64,000 nucleotides of DNA from Octopus vulgaris (Eukaryota): the NCBI GenBank assembly GCA_951406725.2, contig OX597816.1, forward strand, positions 180,916,001 to 180,980,000, written 5' to 3'. The first letter of the stretch is position 1; the number at the start of each line of letters is the position of its first letter. This document shows, piece by piece, positions 31,921 through 46,476 of this stretch. The notes beneath the pieces were generated by a model. The model was not told the origin of the DNA and did not search any database. It saw nothing but the letters and a program-made list of their open reading frames with translations. Position numbers and translations under genes: made by a program.

Positions 31921-33308
31921 ATTAATTGATTAAAATATATATATATATATATATATACATGAATGTACATAATTCTATCTATCTATCTATCTATCTATAT
32001 ATATATATTTATCTATATATGTATCTATATATGTATGTATATCTGTGTGTATGCATGTATATATGATGTATGAATGTCTATATATACACACACGTTTGTA
32101 TATACAGGGGAACCCAGTGTAGAGAGTGAAGTGGTAAGATGTCTTTCTATGTGTAATAGAGAAAAGTATTGAATACATAAGTAGGGAATGTGTTATTTGG
32201 AACCACAGTTTTTGGAATCGCAATTGTTCCAAGTAGGAAAGCGGTGTACAATATATACGCAAAACTCTTCGCTAATACATCGCGATATGATCAGTCATGA
32301 GTATACAATTATTTGATTTGCAGCCGAAAAAGCATCACACATTCATCTGTTCAATTTGTATGCAGAAAACAGTAATATTTTCATCTACTGACGTATAAAA
32401 ACATGATTTCAGTAACATTTGTATAAAACACACGACTGCAATGCGGGCAGCATGTTAATAAGGTTTTAATGCAAACGAATGAATGAATGTCGGAATTGTA
32501 CTTGTTTAGCAAATGACTTGGATATTTTGTCTATATGACCATCTTTTGAGGTTATAGCAAATCTATTACGTACAAAATAAGGTATTTTAGTATTTGTCAA
32601 TTTCTCCATAGGATTTCTGTCTTCGAAAGATAGAAATTAAAACTTGTAGAAGTTTTAATGTAGGAGGGAATGGTTATTCCACATAAGGCTAATCAATTTC
32701 ATTATTGTTAATATTATCAGCCTTTCAGCTCTAGATATATTTGTGTAGTGAAGTGTGAAACGTCTTTCTGAATGTCTGTAAGACTGTTTCTTAAGAACTT
32801 TTCATTAAACCCTAAAAATGTTTTGCGTTATGTACAAGGCAGGCCGAGTTCAATAAACAAAAAGGTTAAGAAGATACATACCGATCAGACTGCAGATATT
32901 ACTATTATTGCAGTAATATAGGGAAGAGTTTTGTGCGCTTCCATCTTGGAACGGTTTCTTCATTTCTTTACCACAATAGAAGTAATGGCGGTTTTGCTGT
33001 AACTCTAAAGCTATACTTATTTGATATTTTATGATACCTATGGTCAATTTGGAAATGCTTATTTGCATGAGTTAAAATTCTCGTTAATATTGCACTGAAC
33101 ATTAAATCCTCAGAAAGGATTAAAGCATATGGATGCTAGTCTTGAAGCTATTGTCTTTAAATAATTCCAGTGTGATAAGCGATACGGTTAAAGTATCCTT
33201 ACAGAAAGGTTTATAAATATTAACATCTATGATTTTAAAAATTAGTAGGTGGCGGAATTTATATTAACATACTGTAATATTTCGATATTCCTTTCTCTCT
33301 CACCCTGT

Positions 33309-33385
<77 letters not shown>

Positions 33386-33726
33386 TACACACATAAATAT
33401 ATATTATATATATATACGTAAATATGAACATACACATACACACACACATAATGACATGTAAGATCCAAGGATCCAGGTGTAGAAAGTTCGAGCAGTCCGT
33501 AGAAGGTATGAAAAAGCAACTTTCAGGAACAATAGTAGTTTATTGGCGTAGAAAGGTGTAAATTTTTCCCATGTCGAAGTTCGATAAGTTGAAAGAAGTT
33601 ATTTTATAGTTTATGGTTAGCAACTAGAGTTGCTATGTATTTGAATATAAATCCGAATTGAGAGAATAGAGCGGGTCAAATCCCAGCGACATATATTTCC
33701 TAGCTAGCAGAACCTCGGAAGTAATA

Positions 33727-34205
33727 ATTTCTGAACGAGGGGGATTCCACTAGCGACTCATCAGGCCGAAGATACCTTAGAAAGTGAAATTGTCGCCAAG
33801 AGATCCCATCGAAAACGGGTGGTAAGCACGGAGGGAGAGAACAAAAGCGAAAATATATGTTTGAAGAAGTAAGATATGGGAGTGGAAAATATCTAAAGTT
33901 GTTAAGAAAAAGAATAAGAATAAAGAAAAGGAGAGGAGAAAGAGTGGGGGAAAATTATGGTAGATTGAAGGTCTTTGTAAATAAAAGCCTGGTTTCGATT
34001 ACTGGACGCGGTGATACGTTGTGTTCTGAGCAAGACACTTAATTTCAAGTTGGTCTAGTTCACCCAGCTGGCAAAATAAATAATCCTGTGACGGACCGGT
34101 GTCCAGTCCAGGTGGGGTAGGGGGAGATATATACGCCACAGAATCCGGGAAACCGGCCTTATGAGCCTATGGTTCTTGAAGGACTTTTGATCATATACAC
34201 ACACA
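33727..34205 (+). repeat. Right copy of ~480-bp local direct duplication
   Basis: See 31441-31920. Offset ~2285 bp. Confidence 0.92.
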
Positions 34206-34206
34206 C

Positions 34207-34253
<47 letters not shown>

Positions 34254-37200
34254 TATATAAAGAGCTAAGTGCAACATAATACCATAAAGGAAAACTTCTA
34301 CCATCACTAATTATGACTGAAGGTGCCGAAGCATCTATAATGCAAGAAATAAGAGTTGCGAGAGAAAGCAGAGAGAGAATTGTGAAAATGATATATCGGT
34401 TTTGAAAATAAATGTATTCAATGAAATTATTTTGTTGCTATTTTGGAAGAATATATTACTTCACGCAATGCAGTTGTTAGAATGTCTATATATGTTGTAT
34501 ATACAAGGTGGAGACTTCACATTTATTAGCAAGTGTATGACAGACTGGTGACAATTTAGGACACTATGTAACGGGGATGGAACAAAGTTGTTAGAACTAT
34601 GCATAACAGAGTGTTGATGGTTAATGCGGAATGTAACAGATACTAACGAGAGTTAATAAAGTGTGCAATAGAAACTTTTGGCAGTTGTGGGTTCAGTACA
34701 GCGTGAAACTGAAGCTAACGGGAATTCAGTATTTTTCGGGTAATCTGAAACTTTACAAATCAATTTAGATAACATGGTTAATGATCACTTTGAATTTCTG
34801 CTGGTTAGTGTCTGTAGAGAAAAATGTGGATAAATAATGCAAAGAGGATGGAGGATGCGATACATCAATTTTTTTTTTATGTCCGGGTTGTAACGCAGCT
34901 TCACTAAGCCAGAGAAGTAACGTCGTCGTAGTAATTGTGGAAGAGATACAGAAAGAATAAAACAGCGTACCTGTGAAGTAGTGTTTGTAATATATGTTAA
35001 AGGAAGTCTATTCCAGGAAGCTTATAGTCTGTGTATCGAAGTTTTGGCAACGTTTATATTTGGCACTTACAGTGAATGTTAATATGTATAATAGCTTTAC
35101 ATAGCTTGGTAAACATCACAAAGTTAAAAACCTATCATGATTTAGAAACTTTTCAGCTGAATTCATGCTACCACTTTATGAAGTACTTGAATGCTTTATA
35201 CCATATTGTTAAAACACATGGTACAGTTCATTTCTAGCAGGTTGAATGACTTGTTGACTCGTAAGTAGATATCGCAAAGTATTGTTCGCTGTACTGAATC
35301 TATGACCTTGTTATTTAACAATCAACCGCTCAGTTCACTTCGCTGTATACAGCTACCACAGGAAGATATAGATTCTCCATTGTATTCATGGCCCAAACGC
35401 TTAACTGCCAACAGCCTATTCTACGAAGTTGCAAGTTGGTTGTACAGTATGGCATAGTCCACAGTTTGAGTGTGTAATGTGGAAATAGGCACAGCTAAGT
35501 GGTTAAGAAGTTCACTTTGCAACTCTGAAATTCTTCGATCCTTCTACGTGGCATGTTGAACAACTGTGTCTATCATAGCCTCTGTGTGGAAATGGGTTGA
35601 AGGAAACTGTATTGAAGCTCTTCAGATGGACTGTACTGGTATTTCAAACCAACAGTCTCGTCGCACAATGACACAGGTCCAGTCCCGTCACAGAGAAAAT
35701 TACGCTAATGGTAGGTGTGCCTGTGGAAGTTGTAAATTGGTACTACAACATAGCATGGTCCACTCTACTGCGACCACAAGTAAAACACAAATCACAACAT
35801 TCTCTCCCGTTTAACTGTAGATAAGTTGATACTATAGCGTGGTTAAGCTTTGGAGTATAGTGATTGCTTTGTAAAATTGATGAGTTAAGTTGCAGTTTTT
35901 AGTTCAGATCTTCACATAGACACATACAATGAGAAAAGCATTATAAAATGGGCCTCCTTGAATAAATAAATCACTTCCTCTACGCCACCAAGTAACCGGT
36001 ACTTGTTGAAAATGTAAGCACACTCTCTCTCCTCAAGCAAACGAATGCAGATTGGGAAATATTTTGGGAGTCAACTGATTTATTTTTTGATATATTCAAT
36101 GAAATCATTCAATAATATATGAGAAGGTGAGCTAATAGAATCAGTAGAGAACAGGATAACACGGCTTACAGAATTCAGTTACGTATGTGTGATATAAATA
36201 CCAGCTATATACTGGAGTTCATTCGATCCACTGTTACCTAACAACAACAAAAATCTGCAATCTCGTGTGGTACAACATAGAGCAAATGGAAAGATCTTGG
36301 TGAAACGCTTCAAAGACGCAAATCAACAGAAGGACGAAGTTAACTTACTTTACTTAATCCATAGAATTCGCCTGAAAAAGTATGACCGTCACATTTCTAT
36401 ATTTCTCTTCCATTATAAAAACAGAATGGAAGGTATTTGTACCTAGACTAATGTAAACCAATATTTATTAATCCGAAAATTGTGTATATGATGTTTCTTC
36501 ATGTTTATTAAGTAATGTTCATTTTATTCAATAATCAAATAGAATATACAACAAATTTATCGTCTGCTTCAATGATAATAATGTCAACGATACGATGGTA
36601 TGTTTAGCAGCTTCTGATTACGTCCTTGCCAGTGTAATGAGCTAACGGCATTTATTAGAATTGCAGAGACCAATAAAATATTGGAAATAACTAATTTTTA
36701 AGTGATAGAAACATCTGAGGAATAAATGAACAGGAAAGATATTGATCGAAAATTCATGATGTAATTCATACCGAGAAGACTTGTTACTGAGGTGGAATAA
36801 ATTATTGAAGTCGAGTTATAAAATTCCAATTATTATCGAAAATATAACGTGTGTGGCTGTGTGTGCGTGTATGTATTTATGTGTGTGCGTGAGTGTATGC
36901 GTGCGGAATGGCATGTGTGTGCTTAAATATATTTATATAAAAGATGGATTCTCTTGTTGATTACAACATATGAGCGACAGTCGTTCTATCAATTCAATGA
37001 CCTGATTACTGAAATAGCAAGTGAAGTGGCCGAATATTCCTCAGACACATGTATCATTAACGTAATTCTCTGTATGACCGAACTGAAGCTCTTATGTCAC
37101 AGTGTGACGACATCGGAGATTTGAAATATCCATACATTCTACCTGATGGGCTTCTGCACAGTTTCCGCCTGCCTAATTCCACCCGGACACTATGATAGAG

Positions 37201-37538
37201 ACAGCTGTTCAATATGCCACGTAGTAGGATCGGAGAATTTCAGGGTTGCTAAGCTAACTTCTTAAAAAACTAGATATGCCTATTTTCACATTTAGACAGA
37301 TAGATGTCTAACAGCATACAGAAAAGAATATTTGGAGAAAGCGTCGGAACAGAATCGATCAAGTACTTGACAAATCTTTATTCACCCAGGAACGACGAAA
37401 ATCAAAGCCAACCGGGGAGAATAAGACTCAAATCGCAAAACAGATATACTTTGTGTTATATTAAGACGATCTGTCAATTCTCTTTCATATCCCTCATTAC
37501 CTAACATTTTGTCTGTCTGTCTGTCTCCCCCTCTCTCT

Positions 37539-37588
<50 letters not shown>

Positions 37589-37589
37589 T

Positions 37590-37960
37590 TAAATGGATGA
37601 ATGAATTATCCTTTGTTTACCGTTAACATGGAAAATTCAATAAACCGTTACCAGGGTAGCAAAATTCACGCAAGTAACACGGAAGAAGCGACCTATTCAA
37701 AGGTAGAAACTCCGGGTTAATGACCAGTAATTTGTGTATTTTAAGTAAATAAATGGAGTTGAACGAAGATGTTATTAAAATTCTTTTACTTTCAACATAT
37801 GTTTCGAAGACAACATGGTATTATTCCAAAGGAATAAATGATGTAAAATGAAATCTTCTCATCAGGAAAGAAAGAGAGCCTCTCTCAACAACAATACATT
37901 ATAACAATTACGTTGACTGCCTAAATGATAAACAGAACGTTATTAAGTATTTAAAAAAAC
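37590..37960 (-). mobile_element. Solo pseudo-LTR fragment related to PLE1
   Basis: Contains an HHR, sequence similar to the PLE1 3' end (aactccatttattta), and sequence similar to 25610-25645 (gttac.agggtagcaaaa). Adjacent to (TA)n. Confidence 0.72.
37789..37870 (-). ncRNA. Minimal type-I hammerhead ribozyme
   Basis: Minus strand reads CTTTC-CTGATGA-GAAGA...TCTTC-GAAA-C-ATAT-GTT-GAAAG. Confidence 0.83.
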
Positions 37961-37963
37961 CGT

Positions 37964-38011
<48 letters not shown>

Positions 38012-38275
38012 TATGTTACCTATTGTTCAGCAATTTGGGCAAGCTAATCTACATTATAGCATGTAAAGTTTTCTGGGAACACTACATTGGACACATATGA
38101 CACTCAGAAAAAGTATGACGGTGCATCATATAGTAGCTGTCATATATCAAACTGTACATAACTGATATACTTATATATAATCCAACGATGGCTTAGCTGG
38201 TCGAAACTGAACATAAAACATACATACATACATACACACATATATACATACATATATACATACATACACACACAC

Positions 38276-38348
<73 letters not shown>

Positions 38349-38489
38349 CTCGTTTAAAAGTTGAAATTTCTAGACCATTTTTTAAGGTCAAATTTATGGG
38401 GTCGACAATTACATGGATGCTACTTTTGAGGGGCTGAATCCGAAGTATCGTATCAGCAGCAGAAGCCCATGATGATCATGATGATACAA

Positions 38490-38665
38490 GCCACTAAACG
38501 ATAAAATTGCATGCATGTGGGCAATCTCGGTAGTTGTAGGGACACTTGGATCATTAACAACCAGGCTGGAGAAAATTGTTGGAGACCTTGGGATTGACAT
38601 GAGGTAGTATATGCTCAAAAAGCCGCTCTATTGAGGACAGCGAGGGGTTTGAGATTGGTATATGA
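38490..38665 (+). mobile_element. Old R4/Dong-like LINE C-terminal fragment
   Basis: Translates to IACMWAISVVVGTLGS...QKAALLRTARGLRLV, resembling the end of the 54116-54919 ORF (IPVVIGALG...QKIVLMGTAHILRKI). Confidence 0.6.
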
Positions 38666-39601
38666 TTGTCAGTGCAAATGAAATCGAGGTCGCAGAAGTG
38701 AAATAGAAATATGCTTGCAGCATATCGTCTGCATACATTTTAATAATGGTGAGGTAGCACCCAGCAAGTGCTCGCTATTAAATGATGTTTTACTATTAGC
38801 ACCGAGCATTCCATTATAAGCACCAAGTATTCCACCCATAGAGGAGGCCACACAATTTTATAACAGTGTTATTTCTATGCACAGGATAAAATAGTGTCCT
38901 GTTGTTCGTGAACTACTAGGGTTGACTTTTATACCGGGTCTATGGAAAATTCCCAATTCTTTGGCCCAAAATAGAGGGTCGACTTTTACATGAGATCAAC
39001 TATTATTCGAGTATATACGGTATATATATACATATATATATTTGTGAGTGTGTGTGTGTGTGAGTGTACATTTACATATATAAATGTGTAATGGTGTCTT
39101 TCTGTCTGTGTGTTTAGGGTTACTGTAACTCCTCTCACACCGTTCAACTGATTTTAATGATTTTTGGTACATAGTTCAAATAAGGTCGGAATTTTTTTCG
39201 AAAACTCAATAATGCTCAGTTGGCATCGATTTTGGTGAGATCATTCGATGCTATTTTTTCCTGCAGCTTTCGCATTTTTTATCCGATTTTGATGAAAATC
39301 GATGAGTGAGCGAGGCTCATGGAAGTGAGTTGATGTCAGTATGGTGGCATTAAGGGGAGAGAAATAAACAAACATCACTCTCAACGGGTTGAGGATTACC
39401 CAAAAATTTGACTGCGATTTCAGATGGTCCAGTATGTAGGAGTATGTTGAAAGCGTTAACCGGGTAAAATCCCTGCTGAACCAGACATAACATCTTAATG
39501 GGTAATAGTTGGTACGGGGAACGTAGAAGATTTCAAAACAAGGTCAGAAGTGGGCTTAACTTCAACACAGAAAACATGAGCAACGCCGGGTCCAACAGCT
39601 T

Positions 39602-39644
<43 letters not shown>

Positions 39645-39977
39645 CGTGTGTGTATAAAATTTAAAATTAGCTCGAAGCACAAGGTGGCAAAACAGCATCA
39701 ACCTGTTTAGAAATAAGAGCTAAAGTCCTAATTCAATCGTCCGAAGGCACCAAAATAATAGAAAATAACAGTAAGCGAGGATAAAGAATTAAGACATTAA
39801 AAAGCATACCTCTAAATATTATGATATTCAAATGCTTTTTTGCATCCTTATGCTTCATGCTAATTTTAAATTTTATAACTATTTAATGGTATTAATCCTG
39901 TGAACCGCCTATGTTACTGCTGTTGATATTATCAATTAAAAATATTCACCACAGGTGATATTAACGATAATAACATC

Positions 39978-40304
39978 TTAAGGTGATAGCATGTTGCCAA
40001 CTTAATGTGACAGTCCCATGAAGGGGAAGAATGCTACTGTTATTCAGCCCTAGGAAACACCGTTTCCTGTTGGACTTGACTCATTTCCAGCGTCCTTATG
40101 TTTTCAAAGGGGAGATAAGCACCTCCACCCAGCAAAGCCAGAGACTAGTTTCAGAGTCATTACTCATCATCAGTCTGGAGTAGCATGGCTTGCTTGCTGT
40201 CGATGCATAGCCCTAGGAAACGTGTATCCTAGGGCTAAATAACAGTAGCATTCTTCCCCTTCATGGGACTGCAACATTAAGTTGACAACATACTATCACT
40301 TTAA
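39978..40304. repeat. ~83-bp inverted repeat enclosing a hammerhead motif
   Basis: Arms 39978-40060 and 40222-40304 are reverse complements with few mismatches. Confidence 0.88.
40138..40178 (-). ncRNA. Compact minimal type-I hammerhead ribozyme
   Basis: Minus strand reads CCAGA-CTGATGA-T-GAGT-aatg-ACTC-T-GAAA-CTAGTC-TCTGG, with palindromic ACTAGT in place of stem III. Confidence 0.82.
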
Positions 40305-40401
40305 TGTGCTGCTACTGCATAAATCTCTGAGAGATTTAGAAATGTTTTATTTCTATTTTCAGTAACATCTTACTTTGAATGTAAACATTCGAATATTTTG
40401 C

Positions 40402-40470
<69 letters not shown>

Positions 40471-40494
40471 CATATATATATATATATATATATG

Positions 40495-40737
40495 GTGGAC
40501 TCTCCCGCCGATGACGACGTATTAGGGTTCAGCTTTTGCCGAACCGCCTGCACAAATGATTTGTTTATAGTGATCAAATGTTCGTGCCGCGCTTTAGCTC
40601 ACTCCCTCTGCCACGCGTCAGGTGTCGAAGCGATTCTAGAGCAACGACAGATGACGTGTTTTGTACAAGAACTCAACGCAGCACCCCGATGATGAATCGA
40701 ACTCACGATCCAGCAATCGTGAATGCAACACTCTCAC

Positions 40738-40740
<3 letters not shown>
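40495..40740 (-). mobile_element. tRNA-derived SINE (same family as 6510-6740)
   Basis: Shared atgatttgtttatag.gatcaaatgtt and gaatcgaac.cac.atc blocks. Confidence 0.65.
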
Positions 40741-42160
<1,420 letters not shown>

Positions 42161-42504
42161 TTCAAAAACACCCTTTAGGAAAACCTATGTTCATTTCTGT
42201 TTTCAGAAAAATTACAGTGTTTGATTCAACTTTCTTGACACCGAGATTTTATATTGATTATTAGACTTGTCACGCAAATTAACTTAGTGCATTGGGAATA
42301 TATTTTCTTATTGTGTTGAAAATAATAGAATAGACCATCGGAATTTATTCTGCATTTTGAGTTGTATTTGAATTTATATATTCCCTCTGCTCCTCTCTCT
42401 CTCTCTCTCTCTCTTTTTCTCCCTCGTTCCCGCTCTCTCGCTATCATTGTCACTTCTTCGCTCCTTCTCGTATTATGTGTATGTGGTGCCCGATGTGTAT
42501 GTCA

Positions 42505-42582
<78 letters not shown>

Positions 42583-42597
42583 ATATATATATATATA

Positions 42598-42802
42598 GTT
42601 AATCCAAACAAGAAAGCACAAAAAAAACACAACAACGCGAGGACGTGGAACAAATATAGTATTATTGGATGCTCAGGAAAGAAAGAAAGAAGGAGGGTTT
42701 AACGTTTCGAGCGGAGCTCTTCGTCGGAAACATAGGAGAAGGAAAGATCCAGAGAAGGGAAGAAAGAGGAAAAAAAATCGCCAACGGTACACATGAGGTC
42801 AC
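42598..42802 (-). mobile_element. Family A short element with variant hammerhead at 42697-42731
   Basis: Near-identical to 6279-6481 with the same end point abutting (TA)n. Confidence 0.72.
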
Positions 42803-42939
42803 ATTTTGATCTGTCTGTCTGTTTGCCAGTGTCTGTGTCTTTGTTAGTATATGCACGTGCGTGCATTATGTATGCTTGTATGTATGTATATAGATAGGTT
42901 GTTATAAATATATGCACATATATACACACATATATACGT

Positions 42940-43120
42940 AAAAAGCACCCACTACACTCTCGGTGTGGTTGGTTCTAGGAAGGGTATCTAGCTGTAGAAA
43001 CATTGCCAGATCAGATTGGAGCTTGGTGAGGACTCCTGCCTTGCCAGTCCCCAATCAAACCGTCCAACCTATGTCAGCATGGAAATCGGACGTTAAACGA
43101 TGATGATGATGATGATGATG
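42940..43120 (+). mobile_element. RTE-type LINE/SINE 3' end with (GAT)n tail
   Basis: ggttgg...aggaagggtatctagctgtagaaa...gcatggaaa...ggacgttaaac(gat)n. Family assignment is from recollection of RTE 3' ends. Confidence 0.55.
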
Positions 43121-43152
43121 ATTATATGTCATATGTTACACACACACACACA

Positions 43153-43201
<49 letters not shown>

Positions 43202-43437
43202 TATATATGTATATGTAATTCGAGCGTTGGTTTATGTCAGGCGAAGGAAATAGGAGTGCATGATACATGTAGATTATATGATTCGCTGTTTTTTATATTG
43301 AAAATGAAACTCAAATCATGAAAAACTATTTCAGTTTCAATATATATGTTTCTACATAGTTCTATTGAAACTCAAATGTACATCTGTATGCATGTATGAA
43401 TATATATATATATCGATAAACAGGAAGAAAGAGAAAG

Positions 43438-43479
<42 letters not shown>

Positions 43480-43643
43480 CAAAGCGAGTGAGAGATGGAA
43501 AAAAAGAGATCGTTTAATTCAAGCAACACGTTTCTTATCACAAGTTGTTTGATCGAATTTAAATCGAAACAATACTATAATTGGTTTCTTTAAAATTGTT
43601 GCTTGTTGCTGAACCATGTAAAACTGCGCATATGTTTACACAG

Positions 43644-43683
<40 letters not shown>

Positions 43684-44341
43684 TCATATTATATGTAGTC
43701 TTTGGAAATTTGCAACGTCAGGATTTTGTCAGTGATTTTCAATGTTGGTGTAAGAGTTACATCAACTGCAGACATATCTGAGACGATCATGTAAACAGAA
43801 ACACGTGATGTAGGCCAACACAATGGTGTATTATTCGCTGCTGTTTCACCGTTAATAGAGATTTGCACTCTCTTTCTTTTTCTTTCTCTCTCTCTCCCTT
43901 TCTCTCCATATATATATGTATATATTCATATGTCTATATATATATACATATATATACACACACATATATATATACATATACATATATACATGTATGTATA
44001 TGTATATATATATATGTGTCTGAGTATGTGTGTGTGTATAGATAGATCAATAGACAAGAAAACAAATAGATGCGATAGATAGGTAGATAGATCTGTATAT
44101 ATTTACACACACACATAATACATACATAATACACACACACACACACATATATATATATATGAAAAAGAAGAACGAAAATGCTACTTTTAAAAAAATTAGG
44201 TACATTTAAATTTCTTTATATAAATACATTGAAAAAAGTGGTTTTGTTCTACATGTTTCGGTTGTTTTTAAACCTTATCAAAAAATGTACTTATAGTCGG
44301 TGGGCCAGATCCAGAAATGTGTACTTTGGTTGCACCCTCCT

Positions 44342-44923
44342 GCAACTTTAGTTTGATGGTACCACATTTTTCCCTAGGTCTATGGGGATGACATTTTCAC
44401 TTGTTGTCATTCGCACAACCTGTCAGGTAATCAGGACAACAGCTTTTTATAAGTAAAGTGGAAATATATGATACACAGGTAATCATTGGAAATATTTGTC
44501 TATCAACGCCCATGGTGAAGTTTTCATCTTCCATTGCCCAAAATTGGAAAATTTCACCAGTTTGTCTGAAAAAACGCCCATTTTTTAATGTTTTTTCACA
44601 GTATATTGACTTTCATTCCTTTTTTTTTTTTTGCAATTAATTTAATATTCATTAAGTTAAACAAAATAGTTGTATTTACTGTGTATTTCTACTATTCCAT
44701 ATGAAATTTGAGTCTGCTATCTTCAATAATAATGATATTATAAACAATTTCCTAACCCATCCTCAATAAGGCCAAAATGGATGATTTCGATAAAAATCTC
44801 GCTAATGGAGGATGTTTGAGATTTTTGGGTTTGTTTTGTGTATTTCAATGCGAGGAAGCCAAACAAGAGAAAATGTCATCACATAAACCCAGGAACAATG
44901 TGTTATCAATAAACTAAAGTGGC
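44342..44923. mobile_element. Putative non-autonomous DNA element with ~75-bp imperfect terminal inverted repeats
   Basis: gcaactttagttt...gatgacattttcacttgtt (44342-44415) versus aacaagagaaaatgtcatc...aaactaaagtggc (44848-44923). Confidence 0.6.
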
Positions 44924-45694
44924 AATAAATCTCAATAAATAAGACCCGTTTTTATTTGGCCCACTGTCTATATGTGCAGTGTTGGTTTGTGTTGACTTCG
45001 ACCTTTTTCATGTCATTGCTAAGGTATGTTTTTGTTATTATAAATGCGTCAGTCATGTCAAGCCTGCAGCTCCTGTTCTGCCAGCAAGTTCAGCCAACAG
45101 GAAGGGAAAACGTAGGAGATCATTCACCCCCAAACCCTGCAAGATTCTACCATACAATGCAGGAAAGCGATCTGGGCCTGGCAATATGGTCATCACTGAG
45201 AGTACCCATAGCCTTCAAGAAACAGCCTGTGTTAACCAAGCAAAGCAAAAAGACACAGCCTGGTGCCTGCTTCGGAGCAGGAATGATACTGAAGAACGAG
45301 CTACTACACAGCAATTGGTGCCATGATGGTCTGGATTCAATGCTGTAATCAACACAGATATACCATCATTAAGCACAATTAGTTAAACGAAATATATAAA
45401 GAAAAAAGATTATCAATAAAATAAACGTTCATAGTGTACTTTTCTTTTTCCTGTTAGAGCACCTGCTAATTTCCATTAATTTTCGAGGCATTGCTAGTAG
45501 TAATTTCAACTGTTGTCAGTGATGGTAAATTAAGTAGTGTGGTCAAAACTGTTTTCAAAAGGAGTGGCCGTAGTAATCCAATAAGCAGTTGTAGCAATAA
45601 TAGTCGTCGTACAATTATTTCCCTTGAGGTCTTCACAGAAATGGATTTATTTAATCTCCTGTCTTTATTTCTTATGAATAATATACATATAGTT

Positions 45695-46255
45695 TCAGTG
45701 TTCCGAGCTTAAAGAATTTAGACTCGGTCGATACTTTCTTGTGAGATGCATTTCTTTGGTAATGCGTTCATTTTGGCTAGCACTGACTTTGAATTTGTAT
45801 AATGGAAAAGTTGTGAATTTGGGATATTTATTGGATGCACATCTGTCTATATGTTCGCTGACAGATATTTTCCTGTATTCCGGATTTCTAATTTGGGATT
45901 TGTGCACCGCCATCCTCTGACGTAGGCTGTTTTTTGTGTGTCCAATATATTGCCATTTGCATCCCGAGAATGTAATTAAGTAAATCAAATTCTCCGATGT
46001 TCATATAAAGTTAGTTTTTATGGTAAAATTTTGGCCTTGTTCCAATCGGTATTTGGATCCTTCTATTATGTTGATACAGATCCCACAGTTGGGCCTCACG
46101 CACTTTTTTCTGTCGGCTTTGTGGTTGTTGTTGAGTGTAATTTGGCCTGGGTTAAAATCCTCCTCCTTGATTTTGGCTGTCTCTTACTTTTGATGATGGT
46201 GTGTGTTTGGAGGATTTGATTCATCTTTGGGTCCCCCTTGAGTAGAGCTGTGTTA
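45695..46255 (-). pseudogene. GIY-YIG endonuclease domain of a PLE (fragment)
   Basis: IYLITFSGCKWQYIGHT...RQRMAVHKSQIR...VSEH...KEMH...PSLN. The upstream frame has SKRQPK and C-x4-C-x2-C (CVRPNCGIC). Confidence 0.85.
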
Positions 46256-46257
46256 TG

Positions 46258-46297
<40 letters not shown>

Positions 46298-46303
<6 letters not shown>

Positions 46304-46414
46304 ATCACGTGACCGACCAGGCTATCAGATGTTGTTAGACATTGCTGGTCACAATGCGCTTCGCATTGTTTTAGCCTTCCAATGACGCCACTCCGCTGGT
46401 TAAGCGAGCAGGCC
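46298..46414 (-). repeat. TA-flanked short repeat (copy of 6099-6217)
   Basis: Reverse-complement similarity to 6099-6217. Confidence 0.75.

Positions 46415-46476
<62 letters not shown>

Larger units (their letters stand above)
44161..46260 (-). mobile_element. 5'-truncated Neptune-like PLE: GIY-YIG end plus long 3' region, bounded by (TA)n
   Basis: GIY-YIG coding at 45695-46255 and a degenerate HHR at ~44246-44285 (TTGATAA-GGTT...AACC-GAAA-CATGTA). TA runs at both ends. The exact extent is inferred. Confidence 0.65.

Noticed and set aside
31441-34205. Possible LTR pair
   Set aside because: No TG...CA termini, PBS/PPT, TSD or gag/pol between the copies.
44956-45348. Overlapping 115-130 aa ORFs
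   Set aside because: No recognisable domain, non-ATG starts, and they lie within a repeat-derived region.
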